A stretch of DNA of 64,000 bases from Raillietiella orientalis (taxonomy: Eukaryota), in the NCBI GenBank assembly GCA_036172245.1, contig JAYWIR010000042.1:1054001-1118000 (forward strand), read 5' to 3'. A program made the position numbers and the translations under genes. The notes under the pieces are model-generated. The model worked only from the letters and a program-made list of their open reading frames with translations, was not told where the DNA came from and made no database searches. Position 1 is the stretch's first letter. Every line of letters starts with the position of its first letter. This document shows positions 49,655-63,200 of this stretch, one piece after another.

Positions 49655-51202
49655 TTAATTTCCTTCATTACAAAGCTGCTTCCAGGAGACAGGTTCTGCT
49701 TTTCTTAATCTTATTTCCACTTTTGATGGTGTGTAGTTGACCTCACTTTCATTGACATTTATTACCTACAACATAGCTCAAGTATAAGATTCTATTTCAA
49801 GAAGTCCTACCCCTTGCAAAATAAGATCTTGATCAAAGGACACTTGACTGCCTATGAGATGTAATTTTAGACGAACAGGATTGGCTTGCACTTCACTGAG
49901 GGCTGGGTCACACAGCTTTACATATACAGACACGTACACAAAAGATCCTGTTTGATGCCAGTCATAACGGCACTTCTGCTGACTGACTACAAGCTCCTGC
50001 CAAAAAACTTGTCAAACTGTTTAACTTTTGTTGTTGCTGACTCACTTCTTTAGGTACCCACACATGATCACCTGTGGCACAACCCTGCTGCTGCAAAAAT
50101 GCAGAGAAGTCGGAAGTTTTCTTCTGGCAGCAAGACCAGTACTTGCTACCTTCATGGAAAATAGGTACTCCAGGATGATAGTGACAAACTTTAGATGCAG
50201 TACCTTCAGACTTTGTAAAAGTAAACTACATAAACTTATGCAGAACAGTGACTCACTTGTTGACAGGAATGATTTTTACAAACGGATTTATTGAACAGAT
50301 CGGTCTTATGTGAAGGAATGATGGGAATGTCAACTCGTTTTTGTAGGGCCTCCTCCAAAGTTTTACTGATGTTCACTCTAAGAGGAGCCTGAGAAGTTCA
50401 AAAAAGAAAGAAAAAAAAAAAAAAATTCATTTTTAAATCACATTTTCGATTCAGAATTATCAGATATGATACTATATCTAAAATGTGATTTTTCATTCAA
50501 TGAATTAAGCGTCGCAAGTTTTAAGTGATCATCAATGATATCAGTAGACTTGAGTAATTGGATCTCCAGATGCTGGAAAACCAACAGTATTCAACTGGTG
50601 TTATCTCTGAATAAAAAGAACAAAGGGATTCTTAATATCAGTGTAACAAGTGTAACATCTGTTCTACATTTTTTCTATATCCCAGATCATAAAATTTTCT
50701 CAATTTCTGTTTCCTTAACCTATGCATACCATTGGTGTATTTTCATCTGGACGCACAATAACCAGTTTTGGTTTTCGAGGAACGGGCCTCTCATCTTGGG
50801 TAACGTCTTGCACGGGTTTTACATTTTCCACTACCGCTGGTTTTTTCGGATTATGAGCTCCTCTGCTGCATCCCTAATCAAACAAAGGCGATACTGAAAG
50901 AAACGAAAGTTTCGGGCACTCTGCGATTTACCTTGATATTAAGAAATTCCGAGAAATCTATGCATTTCTTCTTGCAGCACGACCAGCCCTTGTAAGCATC
51001 ATGGAAAAAAGGATCGCCCGGATGGAACACGCACGCGTCTACGAAAAAGTTGTCAACTCCCAAGTGTCCAATTTTCAATCATCACATGGGTGAAACTCGG
51101 AATTACAGTTTCGTCGGCGTGCCGGCACTCACCTTGGCTGTTTTCTGAAATTTTGAACTGCCTCCCACATCCCTTGTTGTAGCAGTAGGCCGATTCCTCC
51201 AT
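49655..51202 (-). CDS. CHORDC1: Cysteine- and histidine-rich domain-containing protein (CHORDC1/morgana, Hsp90 co-chaperone; 304 aa)
   Basis: Exons 51133-51202, 50932-51038, 50730-50873, 50257-50388, 50046-50210, 49811-49996, 49655-49765 (915 nt, in frame). [80 protein letters not shown] domain: [22 protein letters not shown]. Confidence 0.96.
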
Positions 51203-54200
51203 CGTCGGGTAGCACCGGAAAGTTCTGCTTGCCCAGCACGACACGTCTCGGCACCGACTTGCTGCTGCCTTCGGTGGGGGAACCCCGTGAACGGAACATA
51301 ACGCAAAACCCGTACAGCAAACTGCTCGTCCGTATCGGGGAAAGGGATTCTGTGCACACTTGGGCCACAAACGAGGAGATTCTATCGATGGACCGCACCG
51401 AGGATCAAATTTGAATCTTTCAGCATTCCGGGAATGCACGCGAAACGCCCCGCCGTTGGCAGAATTCAACCGAACCACCTCGGAAAATTCACCCCCGACG
51501 GTCGCACCCCGGCGGAAACGACTCGCAAAAAATTGTCGAAAAAGGGGGGTGGTGGGGTGGGGGACAAATAAAACAACGCACCTTCCTTGGATCTCACGCC
51601 ACGGACGTTCCTCTGCCAAAACAACACGACGAAAGTTCTTACGGGGGGGGGGGGGCTTCTTCCAGGCTGTTGCATTTTTCTCACCAAGATGAAGTGCCAT
51701 GTGCTGCAAATCGGGAAGGGAGGAGCACGAAGCTGCAACGGCAAAACGGAAAGTTCACCTTCGTCCGTTCCCCCCCCCCCTCCCTTCCCCCCCATTAAAA
51801 AGGAGAAAAAAAAAAGAAAATAAACGAACCAATCGATCCATTATAATAAACGCAGACAGACAAACAAACAAAACTGGCCGCGCCCTCCCGGCGGCGTGGG
51901 AGAGCGGAGGAGACCTCGAAGGGGAGGGTCTGCGTGTGGGACGAAGAATGGGGGCAGCGGGTGTCGCTTCCCCTGTTCGGGCAAGTCCAAGGAGCCTCTC
52001 CCCCGGAATACCCCTGTTCCTGCGAGCGAGCACAAATACTCTGGTTCGAATCCAAGTCGGAACTCTGTGTCCCGGCCGTCATTCCAGCACGCCGGGAATT
52101 CGACTCGGCACAAATCGTTCGTCCTTCGGTGTGTGTTTTTGTGAGCCGAGTGTGTGTGGGTGTGTGTGGGTGTGTGTTTGTTTGTTTAGTGGGGTGCTCG
52201 GAGGTGTCTTTTCCGGCTCTTCTTTTTCCGCGACGCGTTAGGGTGATTTTAGAACAGACTCACCATCCAATGAGTAAATGAAACGAGGTTCGCTACAGGA
52301 CAGGATTCTGGAGGTGGAACCAGTCCATCAAAAGGCAAACCTACCCCACCTGAGGGAAAGACAAATGCCTTTCCGTGTTGTGGTAAACATGCGATTGATT
52401 ATCTTCAATCTTAGGATGAATAATACAACTGTTTGCTCTCATTTTTCTACTCCGCCTGAAAAGGAAAAAAAACACACACATACATCGTTAAGTTTTGTCG
52501 TCTTGGAGAAAGGCAGCTGTGGAATTATTGATAGGATGAATCTTTTATCTCAGCTGCCTCAGCAGCTTTCACGGCACTGCGTTCCCGTTTTCGGTTTCTG
52601 CGCGTCAAATTCGCTCCGCTGTTGGCAGAGGCTGCTCCATAGAACCGGGGGCTTTGGAAAGTTCAAAGGATGAAGGGCTTCCTTTTTCTTTCCATTTGCC
52701 TGATCGCTCACATCAAACCCAAAACTACTTCGAAATCGTTCCAGTTACCCTTAGATGCACGTGGCACCGGATGATTTGAATTTTTGCCTTCTGTGAGTTG
52801 TGGAGGAAATCAGCAGACCGTTTCGCAATTTCAATTGCTCAATGTTCCCTCACCCCCCACCCCCCACTCCTACAGACCTCATCTGCGACAGCTTCGCTCA
52901 TGCTCTTTACGTCCTTTTAAAATGATAGAATTGACACCCAACGGGAACCTCGAGTGTCCGAATTCCAAGTGTTCTGGCACTTGCACTGTTTCCTTTTCTT
53001 ATACGTTTCCCTTCAGAAAAACAACCATTTCTCACTTACCAATTCTCATTCATCCGTATTCGACTTCAAATAAAGAAAAGCTGCTGTACACGATCGTGTT
53101 TTAATTCACTTCCTCGCGCCGTTGGTTAACAGTGTGAAACCTTTGTGGAAGATGCATTAAATCCGCAAAACAAACTGAAAGGCCGCAGAGAAAAAAAAAC
53201 AGTTTCGGAAGAAACAGCAATGCCCTAATTTAATATATGAATTAACGAACTCGCAATTATAGGAAAGAGAGCCATTTGGGGTGAGGAACAGAGGAGAAGC
53301 AAACGGCTCTTTTTACGAATCCAGTTTTTGATTACGGTTTTGTGGTATCTTCAGAAAAGACGGTCCACCGCGCGGCTGAGTTGCCCAAATCTTCGTCAAG
53401 TACTTTTAATTAAATCTGAGCACTCTGTCTACGGGAAGTACGAGAGATTTCTTCGTGACCCCTGAAAGCATCTCCTATACCTTGTGTGTTTTCACTGAAA
53501 GTTCAAGTGTTCTGAATCATTCCTGATTGCAGAATGGTTTGAATAGTTTGGGAATCAACGGAGCTCACACAGGCAAACGTTTCGTCTGAAGCTCCCTTGG
53601 CCGTGGTTTGAATTCATGAATTCTTGATTTGCGAGGGCACTCACAATATGCCATGGCAGATGATCCGAATAGCCGTTTCCAAAGGGGACATGCTGGATGC
53701 AATCTGCGCCGACAGCAAGCGAACCATGATGTACATCATGTACCATTCCGTTTCTGCCAGGCACTTGCAGCCTCAAGCGGAAAAACTGATCGAATAGCAG
53801 AAACGAGATGAAGGGCAATTTAGGAAAAAAAATGGACACAGGATGAAATCTTCAAAATGATCCAGTGCGGAGATATGGGCACGTCCCTTCTCCCCCGCCC
53901 CTCCACCATCAAAAACAAGACGACTGGTGAATACGAAGCTGCCCGTTTCTCTGCTGTACACACATTTCGCACGAGATGAACTCCTCTTTTCCCCTCACTG
54001 CAGATTCCAAGGAGGTGAACACAGGTCGCTGTGCCATCGTTCGTCAGTATTCCTTCCATCAAAGGGCACACAGGAAAACAAGAAGGCTTCCGAAGCACGA
54101 TCGAGCAAGGACGCTTTCCATCTGGAAGTGAAAGTAGGGCGTTCCCTTTCTACACGATAGAAGATCGTGGTGAAAAGATCTACAAGTTGCTGTTCCCTTT

Positions 54201-57200
54201 TTTCTTCATCTACTGGGCGTTTACTTTCCGGATGAAGATAAATCGTCTCCCTACATGTTCATGCAAGGGAGATTAGCTGCTTTGGTAAAAAAGAAAAAGA
54301 AAAAAAGGAAGACAGTGGCAAACCAGATCAAGAAGTCCTTTCCTGGCGAACCTGCGGGAATGCAAGACGCGCGGCAGATCTGGAAACGACCTCCAGCCAT
54401 GGCGGTGGGTTTCCCTTTCGAGTCTGCAGAGGGAAATCTCTCCATATAGTGACGCGCACGTCGACCATTCTTTGGGCTTCCGTCCTCCTGGTTCTGCACG
54501 TAACCATGTGTCCAAGGAGCCGACGCAGTGAATGCGCATGCGACAGGATGAAGGGGATGGGATGAATGCCGAATTCCTGGACGGTGTTTCCCAGCCCGCG
54601 ACTCCTTCGGGAACGAAATGGCTGAGCAACACTGCAAAGTGAGTGAGGATGGCGGCCATGATGGCAACATGACTCGGGAAGATGAGCACGACCTTCCGTC
54701 TTCCGCTCCCTAAGCTACAGGGTCGTCTTTGGGTCGGTCGTCCCTTGTGTCGGCGACGCCTGGAGCAACAGGACGGTTCGCAAACAATACGTGTACCGCG
54801 GGAAGTACCCCAGTGCGCCGGTCGTAACTCCAACACCACGGAGCTCTGGATCCTCGTCAAGGCAGACTCCAGCGTCTGTACCGAGTTCGTGAGACTCTCG
54901 GGGAAGCAACGCACCTATCCATGTGGGCGGAACGGCGCAGCCAGCTCGATTCCAGGAAAGCAACGTGTGCACAAAAAAACAAAATAGGCCCACGAGGGAA
55001 AACAGGATCGGCAGCGAGTGTGGCTAACCTCGCGGGGCGCCTCGGCGGCTCCCTCCTTCCGTCCCAGAGTGCCAAGGAAGGACGCGTCCCAACGCGCCGG
55101 TGGCCGGAAGGCGGGCAGCGGTGCGCCTTGCCTCGTATTTGATCTATCCTCCTCCTGGGACCCGGGAAGCGGACGCAGTCGCCGTCCTTGCTCACAAAGT
55201 GCACGGGACGCCGCAAAACAGACCGTGATCCCTTCCTGAGCGTCACTCCACTACATTTACATTTATTTATTTTATGTACTTTTTTTTCTCGTTTGTTTCC
55301 CTTCCCTCTGCTGTCGAGGCGAGGTCATGCCGGTCAAAGTGCCGGAGTGGAGGAGGATCTCCAAGTGGCAGGATTTCGAGTCCCGCTGCTGCCGGTTGCG
55401 AGCTGGTCACCCGGAAGCAACCCCGGCGCAACCGGGTGGCAGCGGAGCAGCGCCGCTCCTCTTCCCGCCTCCGCTCGCTGCTGCTTGGACGCCTAACCTG
55501 AAGCCCGGGGTCGCTCTCCTCGAGACCCGCTCCCGTCTAGCCCTCTCCAGGAGCGGAAGAGCCCTGGTGCAGGAAGTTCCGCGCAGGGGAGGTAGCGACT
55601 AGGATCGTGGGTCGTGCTTCGGGCATCCTCCAACCGCCTCGGGTGATCGGGTCAGAGATCGGACGGCGAGGATGACCTTCGTCGGGGGAGAGCCATCTCA
55701 CCGGGAGGAAAGGGGACGCAACGTTCCCGCGGGAACCGAGAGGGTGATAAAAGTCCCCGGGATGAACGGGGAGTTGAAAGAAGGAGGGGAACGACCTTTG
55801 ACCTCGGGTAGGGCGTCCTCGGGCCGAACGCGACCTACCGGACGGAGAGCGTGGGGCGACTTGCCCGGACGTGGCCCCGGGAAGGGGCTCCCTCGTTCCG
55901 CCGCGGAGACATGGGGAAGGAGCCCCTTCCCAGGACAAGGAGTCGCCTCTCTTCCCTCGCTTCGGGTTCCAAGCGCAGAGCCCTGCGAGCAGGTCCCGCA
56001 GGGAGTGTCCCGAGAGGGCACGCTTCCCTGACTCCCCTCTTTCCCGTCCCGAACGCGTACGGAAGGATAGGGCGCCTCCATTCGCCCCTTTCCCGGAGGG
56101 TCTGCTCTCCACCGGGCAATCCCGTCAGAACCGCACGAAGACGCCCTCGGGAAGCTCTCCTCAGCAAACCTTCCCGGGTTCCTGTTCTTCACCGGGAGTC
56201 TCTTCCGCGCTCCCCCGGGGGGATCCGCCGCCAACGAGACCAGGGAGGAGTGCTACCCCGATAACGCTTCCGCTCCTTTCCTGCGGGCCAGCCGAGCAAG
56301 AACTCTAGTCTGCCACCGGGAGAGAACGGCGCGGGCACTTTGTGCGCCCCTGGGGCAAGCTGACTGTTCACGCGTACAATTCGCGCGGAGGGAGGCCTTC
56401 AGCTGGCGATGAGCGCGCATTCCTTTCAGACTCAACCTGCTCTGATCCTCCATCCGTCCCTTTCCTGACCACAGAGGAGCCGCGGGAAGACTCGCTGTCC
56501 TCCCCTTCTTCGGCGCGCGCCCTCTGGAGCCTCTGAGACCAGAAGCCGCCCGTGGGCGTGATCCGGCCGGCGTCCCGGATTGCAGCCCCCCTTGGATTGC
56601 GTGCGCCGAGCGAGAGGCTCCTCCCGGAATGCGGGACTGCGAGATTCGAGAACACCTGCGGGACACCCGGGAGGTCGTTTGGAGGGAACAGGGTTTGCGT
56701 GAGGGAATGGCGTGCATAGACTCCGTGGGTCCTCCCTCTGGCGAGAGGGGAGGCCGCGCTGTCCTCGAAGTCATGGTGCCGCCTCCTTTGCGCCGCCCTT
56801 TGCGATCAGACGCGTGCCACCTGCCTCAGACACACGCGGTGGCGCGCGGCAGTTCCCCTTCCTTATCCTTTCTCTGGGTGGGCGGCCTTGCGACCCGCTG
56901 TGAAGGCAAGTCCTCTGTCTGCAAACTGCCCGGGGGCCGAAGCACCCGCCTCGAGTCGGGGAGCCAAGATGGCCGCACGCGTGACCAATGGCTCTATCCG
57001 TTCGCCACGCTCTGAACATGCGGCAGGACCCCAGGACCGGACTCCAGGATCACCGTTGCAAGGATGCCGGTTCCAATGGGACCTTAGGTTTGGGTGCTCA
57101 TTGGAAGGATACGGTGGCTGGACTTCCTTCTTCTTGGGCCACCAAGTGCTGAAGAACTGCCCGCCTCCTTGGGGGGGGGCTCACGAAGGTCTGTGGAGCT

Positions 57201-60200
57201 GTCCGCGCCATCCAAGGGTACATGTGACTCTTCCAGCTAGGGGATGACCCCGCAGAGACCACCCTATGAATCCAGGAAGGGCTCCAGAGAAAGAAGTCCA
57301 TTTCTTCCAAGCTTGGGAGGGAACCCGGAAGGGAACCCTCGCTCCAGTTGTCCCCTAAGGGAACCACCTCTTCCTTGTTCCCTCCGAAAGGATCTTTCGG
57401 GAAGGATGCGCTCCTGGTTTCCTCCTCTGAAGAGAGCCCCGAAGGTAGCAGCGCGCTTCTTCACATTCACCAAAAGGGGTATCAACCAGCTCCGTGGTAA
57501 CGCGAAGGACGGCTCCATTTTCTCAACCGTAGAGGAAGTCCAAAGCCCGGGCCCTGGGAGGGCCCCGGGGGTCAACTGTCAATTCCTTCCGATCCCGGCA
57601 GCCAGTCGAGGTGGGTGCTGCACGAGGCCAAGTAAGGCGAGGGAGAGGACTCAAAATCCCCCCGACTCACACCCGGTTTTCGGCGTCATCGATTCTTCCC
57701 CAGGCGGAATTCAAACTCAGGACGCCCGGTGCCGCGCGCGTGAGAGCCGCCGCAGCCGCACGGCTGCCAGAGCGGTCCTCAGCATCACAGATGAGGACAG
57801 AAGGCGGACTTGGCGCGCGCCCTCTCCGGCAGTTGAGGGATCCCTGTCCATCCATCCGAGGACTTGACCTCGACCCGAATGAGGAGGCCCTCGCTTGGAG
57901 GGGAAGGAGGAAAGGGACGACCCTGCCCGACCCCAGGCTCAGAGATCCCTGCCGCCGATGCTGCTGGGAGAATCTTCTCTGCCTATCTGGAAGGGAGGCC
58001 ACCCCGGCTGCAAAGCGGGATCCTGCTCACTCGAGGGGTCGCGGCAGGGAGAAAGATGGGTTTCGGCAAAACCTGGCAGAGCGTTGGATCTCACCTGTGC
58101 CGCGTCTTCGTGAGACCCTGGTAGAAGAGAGAACGCAGAAAGCTATCCGGGTGGGTAAGACACTGCCTGCGTTGCCCGCAACCTCTTCAGAGCTCCCTTC
58201 GGGTCGGCTGATCCCCCGGTCCCAGCGAGCGAACGGTTCCTCCGCGTGCCCAAAGGTGAGAGACGAGCGTGGATCTTCTCCTTTTGAAGGAACTCCACAA
58301 AAACAGCGCAAGCGCGGTCGCACGGGAACGCGTGGGTCCCGCTTCCTGGATGGACTTCTTGTCCCGCAGCAGCCTCGGGTAGCCCTCATCCCTTGTCCCC
58401 GAAACTTGAACCCCCCAGCGGGCAACTAGCACTACCTGCGGTGGCGCTCTACCTGGAGATCAGCGAATAGGCCGCGCCGCCAGCCTCTGGCGATCTGCAG
58501 GGTTCCGGCGGGAGGTTTGGTCGCTTTCGGAAGGATGATGAGGCCGCTCGCCAGCAGAGACCGGATGCTTCTGCTGCTGCCGTCCTCCCTTTCCAGAGAC
58601 TGTGTCCCGTTTCCGCTCCTCGCCCCAGTCCAAGCACGAATGAAAGTTGAGGTCCTCCTCCGAGCTCGGGAAAAGCTCGTAGCTTTCCTTGAGAGGGCAA
58701 CGACTCCTCCCGATGTCGATGGAGGGCCTGGCGCTCCCAGGATGCTTCCAGACTCAAGAGTCCCAGTGGCATGCTAAGGCCTGCAGTGCTTCTACCCCTT
58801 TGTCAGGAACGAACTGGATCCAGAGTGACTGGTGGGAGCATTTCTGAACGTTCCGATGCTGCCCATGAAGGGAAAGAGAAGAAACACAAAAGGAAGGGGG
58901 AAGGGGGAATCTTCTATCATTTGTCGCCTTGGATCCCACCTTACAGCAGGAAGAGGTCTTCAGAGGTGGAAGCAGATGAATCAGAGCCCTCATTTTCCAT
59001 TGAGCTACCTCCCGAATTCTCTCTTCCCAGTCAGAAGATGTTTCAAGAACTTGGTGTGTGACGTTTACGTGTGAAGAGGGTCAGGGAGGGAAGTTTTCCA
59101 GCAGTAGATGACTCTTTTGAATGGATGGAGAGATAACAAGAAGCTGGGGGAACGATAAAGTCCAGTCGCTCTTTCCTCCTTCCTTCCTTGCCCTACAAAA
59201 TATCGGCACCGAGTGCGCGATCGTCTCGTTCTGGCTGTCTGAAGTTCTCCGAGAGGTCCATAGATGGCGCTGCTCTGACCCTTCCAACCTCTAGGTGCAT
59301 CCCGTTGCATCAAAGTGGAGCTCCGAAGCAGAAGACCCGTCGGCCTCCAAGGAGAGCACCTAGTGGAAGGGAGCAAAGGGTACGAAATGGGAGTGGAAGG
59401 AAGAGGGGGTATGCTTCTTATCCCCTTCACATGCAGCTGAGGGTAACAGCAAAGGGGGGAACGGGAGAGCAGCCCGCTTGACGGCCTTCCCGTCGCGGGT
59501 CGCCTCTCCTTTGCGAAAAAATCATTTCGTCCCAAGCACTGTTTTTCGGGGTGCCCAGAAGAAACTCGCGGTCCTTTGGTCTTCCACCAGGGTAATCTCC
59601 TACCCTTTCTTGTTGTGCACCCTACTTTTCTCCCGTTCCGCTGAAAGCTTGCCGGACTGCAGCATCTTGGAGGGAACCGAAGTGAGCAGGAACTGCATGG
59701 AAACGGAATGAAGAACCACTTCTCTCCTTCCCGGTGGCGACCTTCCGACAGATGATACACCCAAACTCCCTCACTTCCCGGGGTGCTTTACCTTTCCTCC
59801 GCGGGAAATCCCTCTTCCTCTTTTCCTGAGCGTGCCGCAGCCTGCTCTAGCAATCCTCTGATCATTGCATCTTTGGGTCACTCTGTCTTGAGTTCTTCCG
59901 CCGTGCAATCGCCTATCCAGGGGGCTTCCTTGCTGAGGTCTTCAGGCTTGGAACCTTCTGACTGGGCGGCAATGCTCAACTTCGGAGTTCTTCGCTTTTT
60001 GCTCCGCTGTTCCTTTCGTGCCTGCTTCTTTCTTCAAGCCTTCCCTTCGAAGGGTTGCCTCGGAGAGAGCATCTCCTTGCTTCTGGAGAAGTCAGCCAGC
60101 CAACCAAGATAGCCTCTTCCTGAGAGCCGAACACGGCGGCGGCAGAAGTGATGATGGCTGCTGCCCACTGAGTAGCATGCTGAGAAGTGCTGGTCACAGG

Positions 60201-63200
60201 AAGACTTCCGCCATGCAAAGGGATTTCCAAGAGTCCTCTGGAAGTGATGACGCCGTCGACATTGCCAGATGTAGACGCGGAGGAAGACGACGCAGCCCGC
60301 AAAGATATCCTTGGATGATTCCCTGTTGAAGAGAGATGTCCCAACCCTCACTGGAGCGTCTGCGCCTATTCTCCTCCTCCACCCAAACCGCTCGGCCTTC
60401 GCGTGACGCAGCTCTCTCGATGTGTGAATCCGTCCCTCGAGATCACCAAGCAACCGCCGAGGGTGAGCCTTCAGAAGAAAGATACCGCTCGTCCCGTTGC
60501 ACCTTCCAAGAGCTCTAGCGGAGGGCCAGTCTTGGAGGAACACGGCTCGGGGAGACTCGTCCTCCTCTTCGTGGTGCGTTTCGTTCCGCGCACGGCCGCT
60601 GAGCGTCTTTCGTGGCGGCAAGTGCGCGTGCGCACGTGATCCTGGGGATGAGGTCGCAACGCACCTGCGGACCGTAGATGTGTGTACATGTACACAGAGC
60701 TTTCCCGCTTCCCATTTTCGACGCCTCAGAATGACAGTCAGGTTTCCGGGACTCGTGGGGGAATCACATGGGGTTGACAGATGCAGTGGCAGGAGCAAGC
60801 AGTTATTTGCAGGCCGAATGAGAATTTATGTGATGATTTCTCCTCCCTGCTCAGTCCAGGAGAAAATTAGGCATTAGGGCAGTCTCACCGGATCGGGAAC
60901 TCGGAATTGCGCGGAGTGCCCCGCGCAGCATCCCCGGAAGGAAAGTAGCTGTCGTCTTCGCTAAGGATACGTGTCGCACGTGTGCCGCTCATCGAAAGTT
61001 GAGGCGCAAGGAACTTCCGCCAGCGCGTGAAATGGACTTTTTCGTTGCGCTTTCTGTTTCTATGCTTTTTCCTTTTCGGTTTCGAGGGGGACAGAAATCT
61101 CGATTCAATCTTCGGTTTTGAGGTTTAGGCCTTGAGACAGGACGCGACCCACCCGGGGGCGACTTCCCTTGTTGCGGATATCCCGCTGTGCGTGCAAGGC
61201 CTCGGAACGAGAAGTAGCGATTGGTGTCCGTGTCCCACTCCTGCTTTTTCTGTGTTCGAACCGTCTGGGATCCGATAGGAAACTGGATTAGATCCAGTTT
61301 GGCTGAATTCGATCTCACCGATGGTCCACAGGCAACTTCCCGTCCGCGCTTTCGAGCAGACTTTTTTGATCGCAAGTGCAGGAGTAGTCCTCCACTCTTT
61401 CCCCTTTTAGATGCCTTGCTTCGACCGCAGCATCCTTCCTGAAAGGCACAGTACGGAGTAGCATGGTCATTGCTTTCAAGCTCCAGCTCGAAAGAACACT
61501 TGGAATGGCAGGGTTGCCACGTGCACATGCAGGGAAACAGCGTCCTGTTGACTCTCGTTTATCGTAACATTTATTTACGTCGGTCAAACAGCCCAAAAAT
61601 TGAAAAAGGAAAAAAAAAAAAAAGTCTTTCCTTCGTAGTGGCATCGGTGCCCTGGAAGCAAGCATTCCAGCGACGTTGCACTTTCTCAATAAGGACAGGA
61701 ACCTATCCCGATTACCTAGGCACGGTGTCGCAAAGCATCTACAGAGAATTTCGGCTTCCCCACCATCTGCGTTTTTATCCTTTGTTGCTCCTATGTAATA
61801 TGATTTTCATATTTCTTTTTCTTTTTTTTAGTTTTGTGGCTTCCAATTCACTCTCCGACGCCACCGTCCACTGAGACGCATTTTGGAGCCGTTACGCAAA
61901 AAACTTCTTCTTCAAGGGCACGAGGATGGACAAACAGCATCTTCATGATGCAATTTGCCGAAATTGTCCATCTGTTGGAAGAAAGCGCTTGGTTCACGAA
62001 AAAACTTCGGAAAACAATCCACTGAGGCGTGTTCCCCCCAAATGGAACCTTTTCATTAAAATAGTGATTTATTAGAACAGTTTCCATACTATGCGGCCCG
62101 TGACAAGGGCAACCAATAAATACGCTTATTGCTTCTGATGCAAACTAAACAGTACTTCGTACGGCTAAACACATGATTCTTAAGATTAAGCTGCTGATGG
62201 ATGGACCCAATTTCTTTAAAAGTATTGATGAAAAATCGCTCTTCATCTTTGAGAGCTACCAGGTTCCTTCCTCCCTCCGCTTGAAAGATCCTGATGGGTT
62301 GGTGCAGTCTACTGAATGCATTATCTTCAGGATGTTGCTAAGAAAGCAGAGTTGACAAAAGTTCCTATTACTGGCAATGGCAAACGCACTGAACACGGGA
62401 AGCATAATAAAACATTATTTATATCACGTTCGTTAATACTGTCTGGAATTTTTGTTCACAAGTAGGAATTTGCAGAGTTGGAAACGAACTCTGGCTCTAA
62501 AAGGATGATAAATGGGAGAGCATTCTATTCGTAGATAAGCGATGTTTGCTCGCAATGTGTACGCACGAATTTCGGTGAAAGCCTCAGAGCTGCAGAGCGC
62601 TCGGATGCTCGAAGAAAGAACGATTTTCATTTACCGAGCCTCTGGGGATTCTCATCGACAAGAAACAGAGCAGGAAACCCTCTCCGGATGGTTCGGATGG
62701 GCATCTCTGATGCATCGCCGCACCGCGCGTGCACGTGTACCTCTTTGCCTTTCCCATCTTAGCGTCCCCCTCCCCTCCCTTCCTTTCCCCCCCCCCCCCC
62801 TGATACCTGGCAGCACGAGCTCGAGACCACGTGAACTTGGCAGCGCTCGTCGGGAACGCGAGTTTTCGCCCCTGCCGCCGGCACTGCTGCTATTGGGCGC
62901 CACGGAGCGCCCAGGTGCTGCTGCTATCCGGGATGCTCAATAGAGGGCGACCGACGTACCACGGGTAGGTGCAGCACGACCGGCAACGACACGCGCAGCC
63001 GGCCCGAAGAATTCCTGGGACACAGGTTTGACCAGCCCCACGCGTTGACAGACGGGGAAGGGGAGAAGAAGGGCACGACGAGAACGCGCGCACGATCCTT
63101 CCCCGCAGCCGACTTTGTCGCCGGATTCGCCGCGCCGCACTGAGGCAGTCGCTCCGAGAGGCGGAGAGGGGAGGTGTCGCGGGCCGTTGTCACTCTGAAG

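Noticed and set aside
50226..50256. Possible 31-nt intron in CHORDC1 using an upstream AG
   Set aside because: An in-frame acceptor giving a 46-nt intron (50211-50256) fits the size range of the other introns better.
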